64,000 nucleotides of DNA, from the sequence record DRR378314_251; one strand, 5' to 3'. Both the position numbers and the translations under genes were made by a program. The notes under the pieces are model-generated. The model saw only the letters and a list, made by a program, of their open reading frames with translations. It had not been told where the DNA came from and did not search any database. Position 1 is the stretch's first letter, and each line of letters begins with the position of its first letter. Shown here in pieces: positions 31,171-41,992 of the stretch.

Positions 31171-32349
31171 ATGACCAAGCACTCTGCCTTCAACTGGGCC
31201 GACGCCCTTTCGCTCGCTTCCGATCTGACTGAGGAAGAACGGTTTGTGCAAAAGACCGCTGCAGATTTTGCCGACAAACGCCTTCTGCCTGGAATTGTGG
31301 AAGCCAATCGGTCAGGTCATTTTGATCGCGAAATCATGCGGGAAATGGGCGCGCTCGGTCTGCTTGGGCCAACCCTGCCGGAAGAGTATGGCGGCGCGGC
31401 GGTCAGCCACGTAGCCTATGGTTTGGTCTCGCACGAAGTTGAAGCTGTTGATTCAGGCTACCGATCTGCCTTGAGCGTTCAATCCTCGCTCGTCATCCAC
31501 CCTATTCATGCCTATGGCGACGAACAACAACGCCAACGCTGGCTGCCTGGTCTTGTGTCAGGTGATCTCGTTGGCTGTTTCGGCCTGACTGAACCCGACC
31601 ACGGTTCGGACCCCGGCAATATGGCCACGCGGGCGGTAAAGACGGATGGCGGATACCGCCTGAACGGTGCAAAGATGTGGATCACGAACAGCCCGATCGC
31701 CGATGTCATGGTGGTCTGGGCGAAACTCGACGGAGTCATTCGCGGGTTTGTGCTTGAACGCGGCATGAGTGGCCTGTCGACGCCCGAAATCAAAGGTAAG
31801 CTCGCGCTGCGCGCATCCATCACCGGTGAAATTGTCATGGACGATGTGTTCGTCCCTGAAGAAAACCTGCTCCCGAACGCCCGTGGACTGTCAGGCCCGT
31901 TTGGCTGCTTGAACAAGGCACGTTTCGGAATTGCCTGGGGCGCACTCGGCGCGGCTCGCACCTGTTGGACCGCTGCGCGCGACTACACGCTGGATCGAAA
32001 GCAGTTTGGCCGCCCGCTCGCCGCGAACCAGCTGATACAACGCAAACTAGCTGACATGCAGACTGAAATTTCTATTGGTTTGCAAGCCTGTCTGAAGGTG
32101 GGCCGCCTGCTGGATACTCATCAGGCAACGCCGGAAATGGTTTCGCTGATCAAGCGCAATAGTGCTGGGAAGGCGCTGGAGATCGCCCGGACATCGCGCG
32201 ACATGCATGGTGGCAACGGTGTTTCGGATGAGTTCCACATCATGCGGCACATGTGCAATCTGGAAGCCGTGAATACCTATGAAGGCACTCACGACGTGCA
32301 CGCCCTCATTCTTGGGCGGGCTCAAACCGGTATCGCGGCTTTCAACTGA
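31171..32349 (+). CDS. gcdH: Glutaryl-CoA dehydrogenase
   Basis: [63 protein letters not shown]. Confidence 0.9.
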   Translation: MTKHSAFNWADALSLASDLTEEERFVQKTAADFADKRLLPGIVEANRSGHFDREIMREMGALGLLGPTLPEEYGGAAVSHVAYGLVSHEVEAVDSGYRSALSVQSSLVIHPIHAYGDEQQRQRWLPGLVSGDLVGCFGLTEPDHGSDPGNMATRAVKTDGGYRLNGAKMWITNSPIADVMVVWAKLDGVIRGFVLERGMSGLSTPEIKGKLALRASITGEIVMDDVFVPEENLLPNARGLSGPFGCLNKARFGIAWGALGAARTCWTAARDYTLDRKQFGRPLAANQLIQRKLADMQTEISIGLQACLKVGRLLDTHQATPEMVSLIKRNSAGKALEIARTSRDMHGGNGVSDEFHIMRHMCNLEAVNTYEGTHDVHALILGRAQTGIAAFN

Positions 32350-32350
32350 T

Positions 32351-33592
32351 ATGGCACAGGCACTCGCGGGTCTTCGTGTGTTGGATCTCAGCCGTGTGCT
32401 GGCAGGCCCCTGGGCCACACAGCTCTTGGGTGACCTCGGGGCTGAAATCATAAAGATTGAGCGCCCTGGTCGCGGCGACGACACACGCAGCTGGAGCCCT
32501 CCATTCCAGTATGGATCAGACCCAAACACCCGCGAAGCTTCCTACTTCTTGAGCGCAAACCGCAACAAGAAATCAGTGTGCGTGGATATCACACGAGTGG
32601 AAGGCCAGAATATCATCCGGCAACTGGCAAAGACCAGCGACGTTCTGATCGAGAATTTCAAGACGGGAAGCCTCGCCAAATATGGCCTCGATGCTGAAAC
32701 GCTCTGCGCCGAGAATCCCGGGTTGATCTATTGTTCAATTACCGGCTTCGGACAGACAGGCCCATATGCGAGCCAGCCGGGTTACGATCTGTTGATTCAG
32801 GCAATGGGCGGCTTGATGAGCATTACGGGCGTTCCAGACGGAGAACCGGGGGCCGGCCCGATGAAGGTCGGGGTGGCACTCGTCGATATCCTTACCGGTC
32901 TGTACGCCGCCAACGCCGTTCAGGCGGCGCTACGGCATCGCGACAAAACCGGCGAAGGGCAAGCAATCGACATCTCGCTTCTGGACAGCCTTGTCGCTGC
33001 CCTGGCCAACCAGTCCCAAGGCTTCCTTGCAACGGGCCAGAGCCCGTCCCGTATGGGGAACGCACACCCCAGCATCGCACCCTATGATGTGTTTAAAACC
33101 GGCGACGGACACATCGTGCTGGCGGTTGGCAATGACGACCAGTTTGAAGATCTCTGCAGCCGCCTCGGCCTCTCAGAGCTATCCAAGGATCCCCGCTTCC
33201 GGTCGAACGCCAATCGCGTGCAAAATCGCACGGTTCTCACCGACATTCTGCACAATACATTGCAGACCGCGACGACATCTCACTGGCTGGACACTCTGGA
33301 CGGATGCAAGGCTCCTGTAGGCCCTGTGAATAGAGTCGGTGACGTATTTGCAGACCCTCATATTCAGGCACGCAATACTCGGATTACGCTACCGCACTCC
33401 AGTCTGGGCGACGTGTCGGGCGTCGCCTTTCCAGCGCGCCTCAGTCGCACTCCGGCGGAGTATGTATCGGCTGCACCAATTTTAGGCGAACATACCCAAG
33501 ATGTACTCAAGACTTTACTTGGATACTCAGATGAAGCACTGAGCGCACTCGGCACCGATGGTGTGATCAACACCCCGTCCGAAACAGACTAA
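32351..33592 (+). CDS. CaiB/BaiF class III CoA-transferase (glutarate CoA-transferase-like)
   Basis: LAGLRVLDLSRVLAGP, GDDTR.W, NRNKKS, ALVDILTG; directly follows gcdH; start ATG 32351. Confidence 0.9.
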   Translation: MAQALAGLRVLDLSRVLAGPWATQLLGDLGAEIIKIERPGRGDDTRSWSPPFQYGSDPNTREASYFLSANRNKKSVCVDITRVEGQNIIRQLAKTSDVLIENFKTGSLAKYGLDAETLCAENPGLIYCSITGFGQTGPYASQPGYDLLIQAMGGLMSITGVPDGEPGAGPMKVGVALVDILTGLYAANAVQAALRHRDKTGEGQAIDISLLDSLVAALANQSQGFLATGQSPSRMGNAHPSIAPYDVFKTGDGHIVLAVGNDDQFEDLCSRLGLSELSKDPRFRSNANRVQNRTVLTDILHNTLQTATTSHWLDTLDGCKAPVGPVNRVGDVFADPHIQARNTRITLPHSSLGDVSGVAFPARLSRTPAEYVSAAPILGEHTQDVLKTLLGYSDEALSALGTDGVINTPSETD

Positions 33593-33676
33593 TCAGCGAG
33601 ACTCCCCTGTCTGACTGGGTTTCGCAAGACTGTCGGAACCCATTTGTAAGACGTATGCACAACGACCGCACTGGCA

Positions 33677-33693
33677 GGTGCGCAATTCGCACC
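33677..33693. promoter_or_regulatory. LysR-type operator 3 (GGTGC-N7-GCACC)
   Basis: Perfect dyad 85 nt upstream of the TonB receptor; GCATC at +21. Confidence 0.8.
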
Positions 33694-33778
33694 ATGTGTC
33701 TCAATTTTGGCATCTGCCCAATATTCTGTTTGTCCGTCTTACTTCCCTCTAATGTAGCAAAAGCGAGCGGGAGAAGAC

Positions 33779-35914
33779 ATGAAACGTAAATATCTTTGGA
33801 CAACAGGCAGCGCTGTCATCGCTCTGATGCATGCAGCGACTGCGGGGGCCCAGACAACCGAGCCGACAACGGAAGATACCGAACTGGTACAGTCCGCGAT
33901 TATGGTAACGGCTCAAAAACGGGAACAGCGCCTGATCGATGTGCCGATGGCTATCGAGTCCATTTCTGGTGACGAATTGGACAAGCTGGGCATCGAGAGT
34001 GTGCAAGACCTGTCATTCAACGTACCTGGTCTGACCATGAGGGAAGATGGTCCGGGCAGCTACACGATTTTTGTCCGTGGTCTGGCGAACCAATCCGGTT
34101 CCGGTGCACTTGTCGGAATGTATATGGACGAAGCCCCTCTATCATTGAGCGGCTATGATCAGTTGAGCCCGGTGGCGCTTGATCTGGAGCGCGTCGAAGT
34201 TCTGAAAGGTCCACAAGGCACACTCTACGGACAGGGCGCCGCAGGTGGCGTCATTCGCTTTATCACGGCTGATCCGGTCCTCGACAAGGTCGAAGGAAAA
34301 GTCAAAGGCGAGCTGTACACTGTTTCAGAAGGTGAAGTTGGCCAGAAGGCTGAGCTTGTCGTCAATGCGCCGATCGTTGAAGACAAACTGGCAGTTCGTC
34401 TCGCTCTTGGTCTCGAAAGTGGCGGCGGCTGGATTGATCAACCTGAAGCCGGCATCGAGGATGGTAACGGCACTGAGCTGCTGAACGCACGCGGTAAAGT
34501 CCTCTGGGTTCCAACAGAAAACTTCACCGCCAAGGCAATGGTGCAGATCCAGCGCGCTGAAACCGAGCTGGGTATGGGTTATGAAGAACCAGATCGCACG
34601 GTTGATGTGGGGCCAGACCGCAGCAAGGTCATGATCCCCAAGAAGTTCGATTTCGATATCTACAATCTCGAACTCACCTACGACTTTGGCTTTGCGGAAT
34701 TAACGTCCTCAACAACCCAAATCGATCACGACCACCAGTACCCATTCACCTACATCGCGCGTGAGGGTAACTACTCCTACGGATTTGTTGAAGGTAATGA
34801 TGATCGCTTCGTAAAGGCCGAACAGTTCTCTCAGGAACTGCGCCTTGCTGATGCAGGTGAAAACTTTGCCTGGACGATTGGCGCTTACTACAGCGATGGC
34901 GAACGTTCGCTGACGGCCGACTACGAATATGCTTATGCGCCCGGCGGCGATCTGTATGAAGGTGGCGGAGTGCTGTACGACGACCTCTACTACTATTCTG
35001 CCTCAACGTCGGAATCCTATTCCCTGTTCGCAGATGGCGCTTATGATCTGACAGACAGGCTTACGCTTGGTGCTGGCCTTCGCTACTTCCATGACGAGCA
35101 AACCAGCCTCATTGAATACGCACCCGGAACCGGCACGGAGCTTTCGGACACATTCCAATCGGTCGATCCGCGCGTGTACATGACCTATGAGTACAATCCG
35201 GACGCAACTATCTATGCCAGCGCGGGTTCTGGTTTCAGGAGCGGTGGATTCAACTCTGCGCCGTTCGATCCCTACGGTCCTGAAAACATCCTGACCTATG
35301 AAATCGGTACGAAGGGAAGCACAAGTAACCTTCAATACGATGTCGCTGTCTTCTTCACCGAATACAAAGACATGGTACGCCGTCGACTGACCGAAGTGAA
35401 TGGAGCATTCCTGGGTGAGTCCAGCAATATTGGTAAGGTTGAGGTCAAAGGCGTAGAAGCTGGCGTCGCGTACCAGCCTATGTCCGGTTTGACGCTTTCG
35501 GCCAATGCCGCGTATCTCGATAGTGAGATCGTCGAAACTGCCGATACCGACGAAGTAAACCAGGTGGGCGATCCGACCGACTACACGCCGGAATTGAGCT
35601 ACACGCTCGGCGTGAATTACGACTTTGACGTCACACCGGATCACCCGGCATTTGTACGGGTCGACTTCAACCACCGTGACAAGGTCACCTATATCGACCG
35701 TTCCAGCTTCTTTGAGTCAGCATTGCCCCAAAGCTCGGATGCTTTGAACCTGCTCAATGCACGTGCAGGCGTACAGGTTGGACAGTTCGACCTGGAAGTC
35801 TTCGCAACGAACCTGACAGACGAGAACAAGTCGATTGACCCCTATCAGGCGTGGGCAAATGCAAACCGCACACGTCCACGGGTGGTTGGCGTGAGCGCTG
35901 CGTACAATTTCTAG
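33779..35914 (+). CDS. TonB-dependent receptor
   Basis: Signal peptide; VTAQKREQ, ERVEVLKGPQGTLYG plug; terminal Phe. Confidence 0.95.
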   Translation: MKRKYLWTTGSAVIALMHAATAGAQTTEPTTEDTELVQSAIMVTAQKREQRLIDVPMAIESISGDELDKLGIESVQDLSFNVPGLTMREDGPGSYTIFVRGLANQSGSGALVGMYMDEAPLSLSGYDQLSPVALDLERVEVLKGPQGTLYGQGAAGGVIRFITADPVLDKVEGKVKGELYTVSEGEVGQKAELVVNAPIVEDKLAVRLALGLESGGGWIDQPEAGIEDGNGTELLNARGKVLWVPTENFTAKAMVQIQRAETELGMGYEEPDRTVDVGPDRSKVMIPKKFDFDIYNLELTYDFGFAELTSSTTQIDHDHQYPFTYIAREGNYSYGFVEGNDDRFVKAEQFSQELRLADAGENFAWTIGAYYSDGERSLTADYEYAYAPGGDLYEGGGVLYDDLYYYSASTSESYSLFADGAYDLTDRLTLGAGLRYFHDEQTSLIEYAPGTGTELSDTFQSVDPRVYMTYEYNPDATIYASAGSGFRSGGFNSAPFDPYGPENILTYEIGTKGSTSNLQYDVAVFFTEYKDMVRRRLTEVNGAFLGESSNIGKVEVKGVEAGVAYQPMSGLTLSANAAYLDSEIVETADTDEVNQVGDPTDYTPELSYTLGVNYDFDVTPDHPAFVRVDFNHRDKVTYIDRSSFFESALPQSSDALNLLNARAGVQVGQFDLEVFATNLTDENKSIDPYQAWANANRTRPRVVGVSAAYNF

Positions 35915-35934
35915 TACGCGTAAACTGCACAATC

Positions 35935-35963
35935 GTTGATAACCGGACACTCCGGTTATCAAC
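35935..35963. repeat. Perfect inverted repeat (13-bp arms)
   Basis: GTTGATAACCGGA-cac-TCCGGTTATCAAC. Confidence 0.85.
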
Positions 35964-35982
35964 AGGCAACAAGACATAGACT

Positions 35983-36017
35983 GACCCGGGCGAAACTATC
36001 GTCCGGGTCTTTTGTTT
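35983..36017 (+). terminator. Rho-independent terminator after TonB receptor
   Basis: GACCCGGGCGA/TCGTCCGGGTC stem then TTTTGTTT. Confidence 0.8.
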
Positions 36018-36021
36018 GCCC

Positions 36022-36056
36022 AAAAGAAAACCGCCCCATCATCAAGATGGAGCGGC
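36022..36056 (-). terminator. Rho-independent terminator of convergent operon
   Basis: CCGCTCCATC/GATGGGGCGG stem then TTTTCTTTT on the minus strand. Confidence 0.75.
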
Positions 36057-36092
36057 TTCCGGTCTGATTGCCGACAAGGGCGAGGCATCAGG

Positions 36093-37016
36093 TCAAACTC
36101 GACATTCCTCGACGGCGTTAATTAGAACCGACCCCTCGCCTTCGACACCTGTGTCATCCTCATTTCCGGCCATATTACTTTCGCAGATAACAATCGTGCT
36201 TTCGTCTGCCGCGCGCGCGCCGAATGGGGAGTTGTTCAAGATATCTGAACGCATCGTAACGATTTGAGCACGATTTTCTGTGTAGAGACCATCGTCCTGA
36301 TTGCCATCAATCACGCTCTCCACGACCGTTGCGGTCGCGTCTCCATAGGCGGCAACACCCGCAGACTCGCTTCCCACAATTCGACTGTTCTTCATCTCAA
36401 AATGTGCAGTCTCCTCCAGCCATACGCCAAGGTGAGAGTTTTCGATTACCAACCCACTTGCCGATACGTGACCAGCTTCCCTGCCTGTAACCGCCATCTT
36501 CTCGATGCCTGATATTCGAACACCTTGCAGAGATACCTGACTATCGATGGTGAAGACTCCATGGCCGTCGTAGATATCATCCTCTGGCTCTCCATAGAAG
36601 AAATCAGAGATCGTAAGTCCTGAGATTGTGACGTCGGAATCTCGAACAACAATTGCACTTACGGGAAACTCCTTGCGTCCTTGGAGAACAACCCCAGGAC
36701 TTGCCCGCAGGGTGAGATCTTTCCCCTCGATCACAAGCGCTCCACGTATCGCCAAGTCCTGAAACGGTACATCCCTGTAGGCGCCAGGCGCGTAGGATCC
36801 AGATTGCATGCTGATCACTGCTCCAGGCGGTGCAGCATCTACCGCGCTCTGAAGACCATCAAAACCAAGATAGTCACAAGCGCCTTCATGAGTTGGATCT
36901 GCGCACACATTTATGTTGGCGCTGGATTTCTCCTCAATACGTTCTGGCGCGACGCAGGCTGTCATTGCAATCAAGGCCGTTACTGAAACGGCTCTCAACA
37001 AATGGGTCGTCATCAA
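36093..37016 (-). CDS. Right-handed parallel beta-helix lipoprotein
   Basis: Lipobox MTAC; LQSAVDAA.PG..I....GSY cap; repeated G-V/L, I.GN beta-helix rungs. Confidence 0.75.
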   Translation of the reverse strand: MMTTHLLRAVSVTALIAMTACVAPERIEEKSSANINVCADPTHEGACDYLGFDGLQSAVDAAPPGAVISMQSGSYAPGAYRDVPFQDLAIRGALVIEGKDLTLRASPGVVLQGRKEFPVSAIVVRDSDVTISGLTISDFFYGEPEDDIYDGHGVFTIDSQVSLQGVRISGIEKMAVTGREAGHVSASGLVIENSHLGVWLEETAHFEMKNSRIVGSESAGVAAYGDATATVVESVIDGNQDDGLYTENRAQIVTMRSDILNNSPFGARAADESTIVICESNMAGNEDDTGVEGEGSVLINAVEECRV

Positions 37017-38452
37017 ATACTCTCCTGCTCTGCGGACAGAGCATCACTTGGTTCAGGGTTTGGGTCTTCCAATCGCATAGCACGGGACAGCGCAGGCCGA
37101 AGCGCGATAATCAGGACAGCCGCTGCCCCCACAATCGCGGCGTGCATGAGCCAAAATCCCGATGCGGACATTGTTTCGTAGAAGCGCGCCAACCAGCCAC
37201 TGAACAGACCTCCCACAAAGATCGCCAGGTAGTACGATCCCACCATCATTGAATTGACGGATTCCGGCGCTGCTCGCGAAGTAAGTGCCAAAGCGATTGG
37301 GCCAACATACAAGAACCCGATTGCGCAGACGAAATGGAAGATGGTCGGCCACAACAACGACACAGCCCCATCTCCGGACATCAAGTCACCAAATCCCAGC
37401 AACACGAACGCAGAAGCGAACACTGCGCAACCGAGGGCCAGCTTCACAAGGTCGCCCGGTTCAGCATTCCGGCGAGACTGAGATCGCCAATACCACAGCA
37501 CCAGTGGTGCCAGGAGCAAGACGGCTAATGAATCAAGAGACTGGAACCATGTTACCGGCACATCCAGACCAAAAATGTTCCGGTCCACATCGGTTCGCAG
37601 CCAGAGCGGATAAGCATTCCAAACCTGGCTTTGCGCAGTCCAATACAGGGATGTCAGCGCAAGCATCAGCAGGATCGATAAAATGACAATGCCATCACCT
37701 TTTTGGAGGCGCGGGCGATCTTCGCTTTTCTTAACTGTATCGACGGGCAGATAGGACAATCCGGAAAGGTACACCGCCAGTCCAATCATCATGCCGATGC
37801 CGGCCGCACCAAAGCCGTAGTGCCAGCCATAAACTTCTCCCAAGGTTCCGCACACGAGGGGGGCAATAAATGCTCCAACATTGATGCTAAACACATAGAT
37901 CGAGTAACCGGAATCCCTGCGCTTGTCGGACTTGTCGTACAATCCGCCAACTTGAGCCGCCAAGTTGCCTTTCAGCAGGCCTGATCCGAGTATCAGCGTT
38001 GCCAATGCCAACAGAAAGCTCGCTTCGAATGCCATCAGGAAATGACCGAGTGCCATAAGCAACGCACCAAGAAGCACCGCCTTTGTCCGCCCCAGCAATC
38101 GGTCGCCGATTAGTCCGCCAAGCACTGGCGCGAAATAGACGAGCCCCACATAAGCTCCGAACACCTGAGAGGCGAGCGCCTGGACACTGAGTGGACCGAA
38201 GACCGCTTCAAACATGCCCCGGAAGGGCTCAAATGCTGCAACATTCCCCGAGTTTTCCGGCAGGAACAGATAAGTCGCCATATAGAGGATGAGCAGTGCC
38301 TGCATTCCGTAGAACGAAAAGCGTTCCCAGGCTTCGGTGAAGACGATGTAAGCCAGTCCTTTTGGGTGGCCGAAAAACACCGTGTCTCCACCATCCACTC
38401 CGCGCGCAGTTCCTGCACCAGTCACTTCGCCGGTGTCGTGCGTGTCACTCAT
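37013..38452 (-). CDS. POT/PTR family proton-dependent oligopeptide transporter
   Basis: FFGHPKGL, EAWERFSFYG (ExxERFxYY-like), INVG; start 38452 (38470 alternative). Confidence 0.93.
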   Translation of the reverse strand: MSDTHDTGEVTGAGTARGVDGGDTVFFGHPKGLAYIVFTEAWERFSFYGMQALLILYMATYLFLPENSGNVAAFEPFRGMFEAVFGPLSVQALASQVFGAYVGLVYFAPVLGGLIGDRLLGRTKAVLLGALLMALGHFLMAFEASFLLALATLILGSGLLKGNLAAQVGGLYDKSDKRRDSGYSIYVFSINVGAFIAPLVCGTLGEVYGWHYGFGAAGIGMMIGLAVYLSGLSYLPVDTVKKSEDRPRLQKGDGIVILSILLMLALTSLYWTAQSQVWNAYPLWLRTDVDRNIFGLDVPVTWFQSLDSLAVLLLAPLVLWYWRSQSRRNAEPGDLVKLALGCAVFASAFVLLGFGDLMSGDGAVSLLWPTIFHFVCAIGFLYVGPIALALTSRAAPESVNSMMVGSYYLAIFVGGLFSGWLARFYETMSASGFWLMHAAIVGAAAVLIIALRPALSRAMRLEDPNPEPSDALSAEQESI

Positions 38453-38490
38453 ACTCTTTTCTCTCTTCATTTGGCGCGATCTATCCGGGC

Positions 38491-41400
38491 TCAATGATGG
38501 CCCCAAGCGGGTTTCCACTGGATGTGGTTGGGCACATCATTCTCTTCCCAATAGAAGGGCATTCGAGGACGATCGTAGTTTCCAACTTCATTCATGCTGT
38601 AAGAATTATAAAGGCGTCCGTTCATCATGGTCATGGAAACTGACTCCGTATTACGAATATCCGTGAGCGGGTTTTCATCCAGAACAATGATGTCAGCGAG
38701 CTTTCCGGCACGTAGCGATCCGATTTGTTCCTCAAGGCCCAAAGTCTTCGCGCCATTTATGGTACCAGCTTTCAATACATCCAGATTGCTCATCCCGCCT
38801 TCGGCGAGAAGCTGAAGCTCCCAATGCATGGCCAGCCCATAGACTTGGCCGTGCGAACCGGCATTCACCAGCCCGCCCGCATCATTGAGTTCCTTCATCG
38901 AGCGCGCAGCCGCCCTGAACCCGATATCCCAAATCTCTTCAGCGGCCTGCAATCCGGTCATGCCCCGAACATAAGGCGGGGCGCCGACGGGCACGGCCAG
39001 CGGGCTGTAAGAGCTTGTCGTGGTCTGGACGTAGGTCTCGACGCGCGGATCATTCCACAAGCGAGATGAGGTGAAGAGATAATTTTCTCCCATCAGCTCA
39101 CCAAACAGAACAATCAATGTCGGCGTATGTGCGACATCCGACGCGGCCATGAGCTGTATGAAGTCATCATACAGCGTCTCGACAGGCACATTGTGTTGCA
39201 AATTCATGTTGCCGTCGAGAATGGCCGTTATCCCATTGAAGAAATGGCTCTCGCCCTCAACATCCACCATGATCCCTTTTTCTCGACCGGCCTTGTTCAG
39301 CATCTGCCTTTGCTGGCGTTGGATCTGTCGATAACTCTTGATCACTGTTCCGCCCAAGGACTGCTTTCGATCCATGATGACTTCTGCGTCCTCATAAGAA
39401 TCGATCGGGATGAACACCGGATCATACTTCCGCTTCCGGCCGTATATGACGCTTCCGACTGCGATATTGCGTGGCCCTGTCATGTCGCCTGCGAGGGTCA
39501 TTTCTGATGCCGTGTAGGTTGGCAACTCAGACGTATACGGGTCGTAATTCGTGGTCACCCCGAAGGACAACGCCGCATAGCGAGAGGCCTGCTGTTGCGG
39601 CAAAAGCCCGGCAGATGCGTAGTAGCACGTATCCAAATGCCCATGCATATCTACCAAACCCGGCATAAGGGTTTTACCCCCTACATCAACAATGTGTGCG
39701 CCGGCTGGAATCTGGATTTCGTCGGCTGGACCGACCGCCGAAATGCGATTGCCGTCCGTGATGATTGTTCCACGCTCGATAATGCCGGCATCGTCCAGCG
39801 TGATGATGCGACCGCCTACCAATGCTGTCATTCCGACGGGGCGGTCGGCCGGCACATGCAAGTTCACTTGTGCGAACAGTTTTGGCTCATTCACTTCGGA
39901 AGCGATGGCTGCATGATAAACGTCCGGTCCCAAGGCCCAGTAAACGCCGCTGGAATCATGATCCCAAATGAGTTCGTATCCACCCGCCTGCTCTATCTGA
40001 ACGCCCTCTTCAGCGTTCAGGGTTAATTCTGTCGCATCAGGATCAAACGGGGCGATATGGTAAGTCTGGTAGTGCCTGTAGGCGATCCACTTCAGGTCAG
40101 GGCTGAGCTTCAATTCGCTCGTGTCCGAATCCTGGGTTCTCAAATGAATACGATGGTCACCGCCTGCGAACGCGATGCTTTCCAATGTTGTGATCAGCGT
40201 GCCATCTTCATATCCGGCTGTCGTGAAGTAGACGCGAGATCCATCTGGCGAGAAGCGTGGATTTGCGCCCGCGATGCCAAGCGGAACCTCCGTCCCGCCT
40301 TCTGTCGACATCCAATAAATTCCCGGATCAGCGCGATAACCGCCGAGACAATCATCACCTGACGCAATCTGGAACAGGATCTTGGAGCCATCGGGCGAAA
40401 AGACCGGTTCGCGAACAATACCGATGGACTGGAAAAGCGTAACCGGCGGCTCACCATCAGATTTGAGCTTGAGCGCCCCACCCTTTACGTCATTCCATTG
40501 GATGTATGCCGTTTTTGAACCATCCGGAGAAAAACTGGCATCCGATTGCGATGCTTTGGTCGGTGAGAGCTGATGAGGCTCTCCTCCAGAAGAAACCGAT
40601 TGCTGCCAAGTGCGTCCAAGCGCGCCAAACATGAGCGTGTCACCATCGGGCGACAGCGCAAGCCTGGAGATTGCTTTGACCCGGAACTCTTCGGGCGCCA
40701 GATCCTGTGAAAACCGGACGGACTCTGTCAGCCTGTGATGCGCTGTAAGGGAGAAGGATATTTCCTCGGCCCGGCCATCTTGGAGGAATATCCGCTTGAT
40801 TTTTCCTCCGCTCCAAATGGCAATTGATTGTCCGTCAGGAAACCAGGAGAAACGCGGATAGTATGCTCCCTGTCCCAGGAAATCTGCTTGGCCGTCGCGA
40901 TCAAGTTCATCGAATATGGGAACCTGCTCTCGGGTTTCGAAATCGTAGACAAAGAGCATGGTCTGCTCTTTGACGCGCCGCACGAAAGCCATCTTGCTTC
41001 CATCGGGAGAAATCGAAGGCGCCAGCGCGCCGCCAAAGCCTCCAACAACGGTTTCCATCTGACTACTGTTCAACTCAATTCTTTGAATCGCGAAATTCTT
41101 GTGGTTCGCGTCGACATATATGGCTGACGCATGCGGTGGAGTAACCTTCTCCACATAGTAGAGATAATCGCCGTCTGGTGAGTATTCCGCATCGTGTACG
41201 TTTTCGCCATTCGCAGGCATCTCGACGACAATTTCGGCCGCGCCGCCGCCGGACGGGTATGCCACCAGTTCGGACGCATGCAGCTTGTCAGCGGTATCGA
41301 ACATGCGCGCCGCGGCGATAGATTTGCCGTCTGCACTCCAATCCGGATCGACGACAGCCTGTGTTTCCTCAAACGACACCTGAACCCGGTTGCCGCCGTC

Positions 41401-41751
41401 GAGATCGGCCGTCCAGATATTATCTGTGCCATCTACATCACTTATATAGGCGACCCGGCGACCATCTGGACTAATGACGGGAGAGTGCTGGATTGCGGAG
41501 CCACCCAATACGAGGCGCGCCTCTCCACCTTCTGCAGACATGGAGTAAATGTCGCCGAGCACGTCGAAGAGAATGGTTTTGCCAGAGGGGTGCACAGCTA
41601 CGCTTATCCACGTGCCCTCTTCGAGCGTCAGCGCCACTTCACGATAGGGTTCCCCGGTATCCGTCACGTCCCATTCCTGGGCGCTAGAGATACACGCTGT
41701 GCTCAGCGCCAGTCCAAACATGCCGAAGGCGAGTGACGAAAACTTTCTCAA
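38491..41751 (-). CDS. Secreted amidohydrolase with TolB/PD40 propellers (paralog 2)
   Basis: SPDG repeats; PGLVDMHGH, KSY, GSHGQ, GKLAD; probable TTG start at 41751 gives a signal peptide. Confidence 0.9.
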   Translation of the reverse strand: MRKFSSLAFGMFGLALSTACISSAQEWDVTDTGEPYREVALTLEEGTWISVAVHPSGKTILFDVLGDIYSMSAEGGEARLVLGGSAIQHSPVISPDGRRVAYISDVDGTDNIWTADLDGGNRVQVSFEETQAVVDPDWSADGKSIAAARMFDTADKLHASELVAYPSGGGAAEIVVEMPANGENVHDAEYSPDGDYLYYVEKVTPPHASAIYVDANHKNFAIQRIELNSSQMETVVGGFGGALAPSISPDGSKMAFVRRVKEQTMLFVYDFETREQVPIFDELDRDGQADFLGQGAYYPRFSWFPDGQSIAIWSGGKIKRIFLQDGRAEEISFSLTAHHRLTESVRFSQDLAPEEFRVKAISRLALSPDGDTLMFGALGRTWQQSVSSGGEPHQLSPTKASQSDASFSPDGSKTAYIQWNDVKGGALKLKSDGEPPVTLFQSIGIVREPVFSPDGSKILFQIASGDDCLGGYRADPGIYWMSTEGGTEVPLGIAGANPRFSPDGSRVYFTTAGYEDGTLITTLESIAFAGGDHRIHLRTQDSDTSELKLSPDLKWIAYRHYQTYHIAPFDPDATELTLNAEEGVQIEQAGGYELIWDHDSSGVYWALGPDVYHAAIASEVNEPKLFAQVNLHVPADRPVGMTALVGGRIITLDDAGIIERGTIITDGNRISAVGPADEIQIPAGAHIVDVGGKTLMPGLVDMHGHLDTCYYASAGLLPQQQASRYAALSFGVTTNYDPYTSELPTYTASEMTLAGDMTGPRNIAVGSVIYGRKRKYDPVFIPIDSYEDAEVIMDRKQSLGGTVIKSYRQIQRQQRQMLNKAGREKGIMVDVEGESHFFNGITAILDGNMNLQHNVPVETLYDDFIQLMAASDVAHTPTLIVLFGELMGENYLFTSSRLWNDPRVETYVQTTTSSYSPLAVPVGAPPYVRGMTGLQAAEEIWDIGFRAAARSMKELNDAGGLVNAGSHGQVYGLAMHWELQLLAEGGMSNLDVLKAGTINGAKTLGLEEQIGSLRAGKLADIIVLDENPLTDIRNTESVSMTMMNGRLYNSYSMNEVGNYDRPRMPFYWEENDVPNHIQWKPAWGHH

Positions 41752-41887
41752 TTCCTGCTCCCCATTAGAGTGCGACCCATCATGTCGACAGGATGCGAGA
41801 TCCTGTACGTGTCTTGTAGGCTTTTCCGCACCTGTAACTTGACCACGCGCCGCCAGCATTGGCGAAGGGGCCTAGGACGCACTAATA

Positions 41888-41904
41888 GGTGCCTTTTTCG
41901 CACC
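41888..41904. promoter_or_regulatory. LysR-type operator 4 (GGTGC-N7-GCACC)
   Basis: Perfect dyad in divergent region, 88 nt upstream of the PepSY gene; GCATC at +21. Confidence 0.8.
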
Positions 41905-41992
41905 ACCTCGCTCACGCTTCGCATCTGTCGGATGTCAAAACCTGTTTGCCATACTGACCAAAGGCAATTCGCCGCCGACGGCTGGAGGTCGC

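Noticed and set aside
41816-41832. Eighth LysR operator upstream of amidohydrolase 2
   Set aside because: Only one good half-site (GTAGG-N7-GCACC), so not counted. GGTG-N7-CACC at 46187-46201 has a different spacing and was also excluded.
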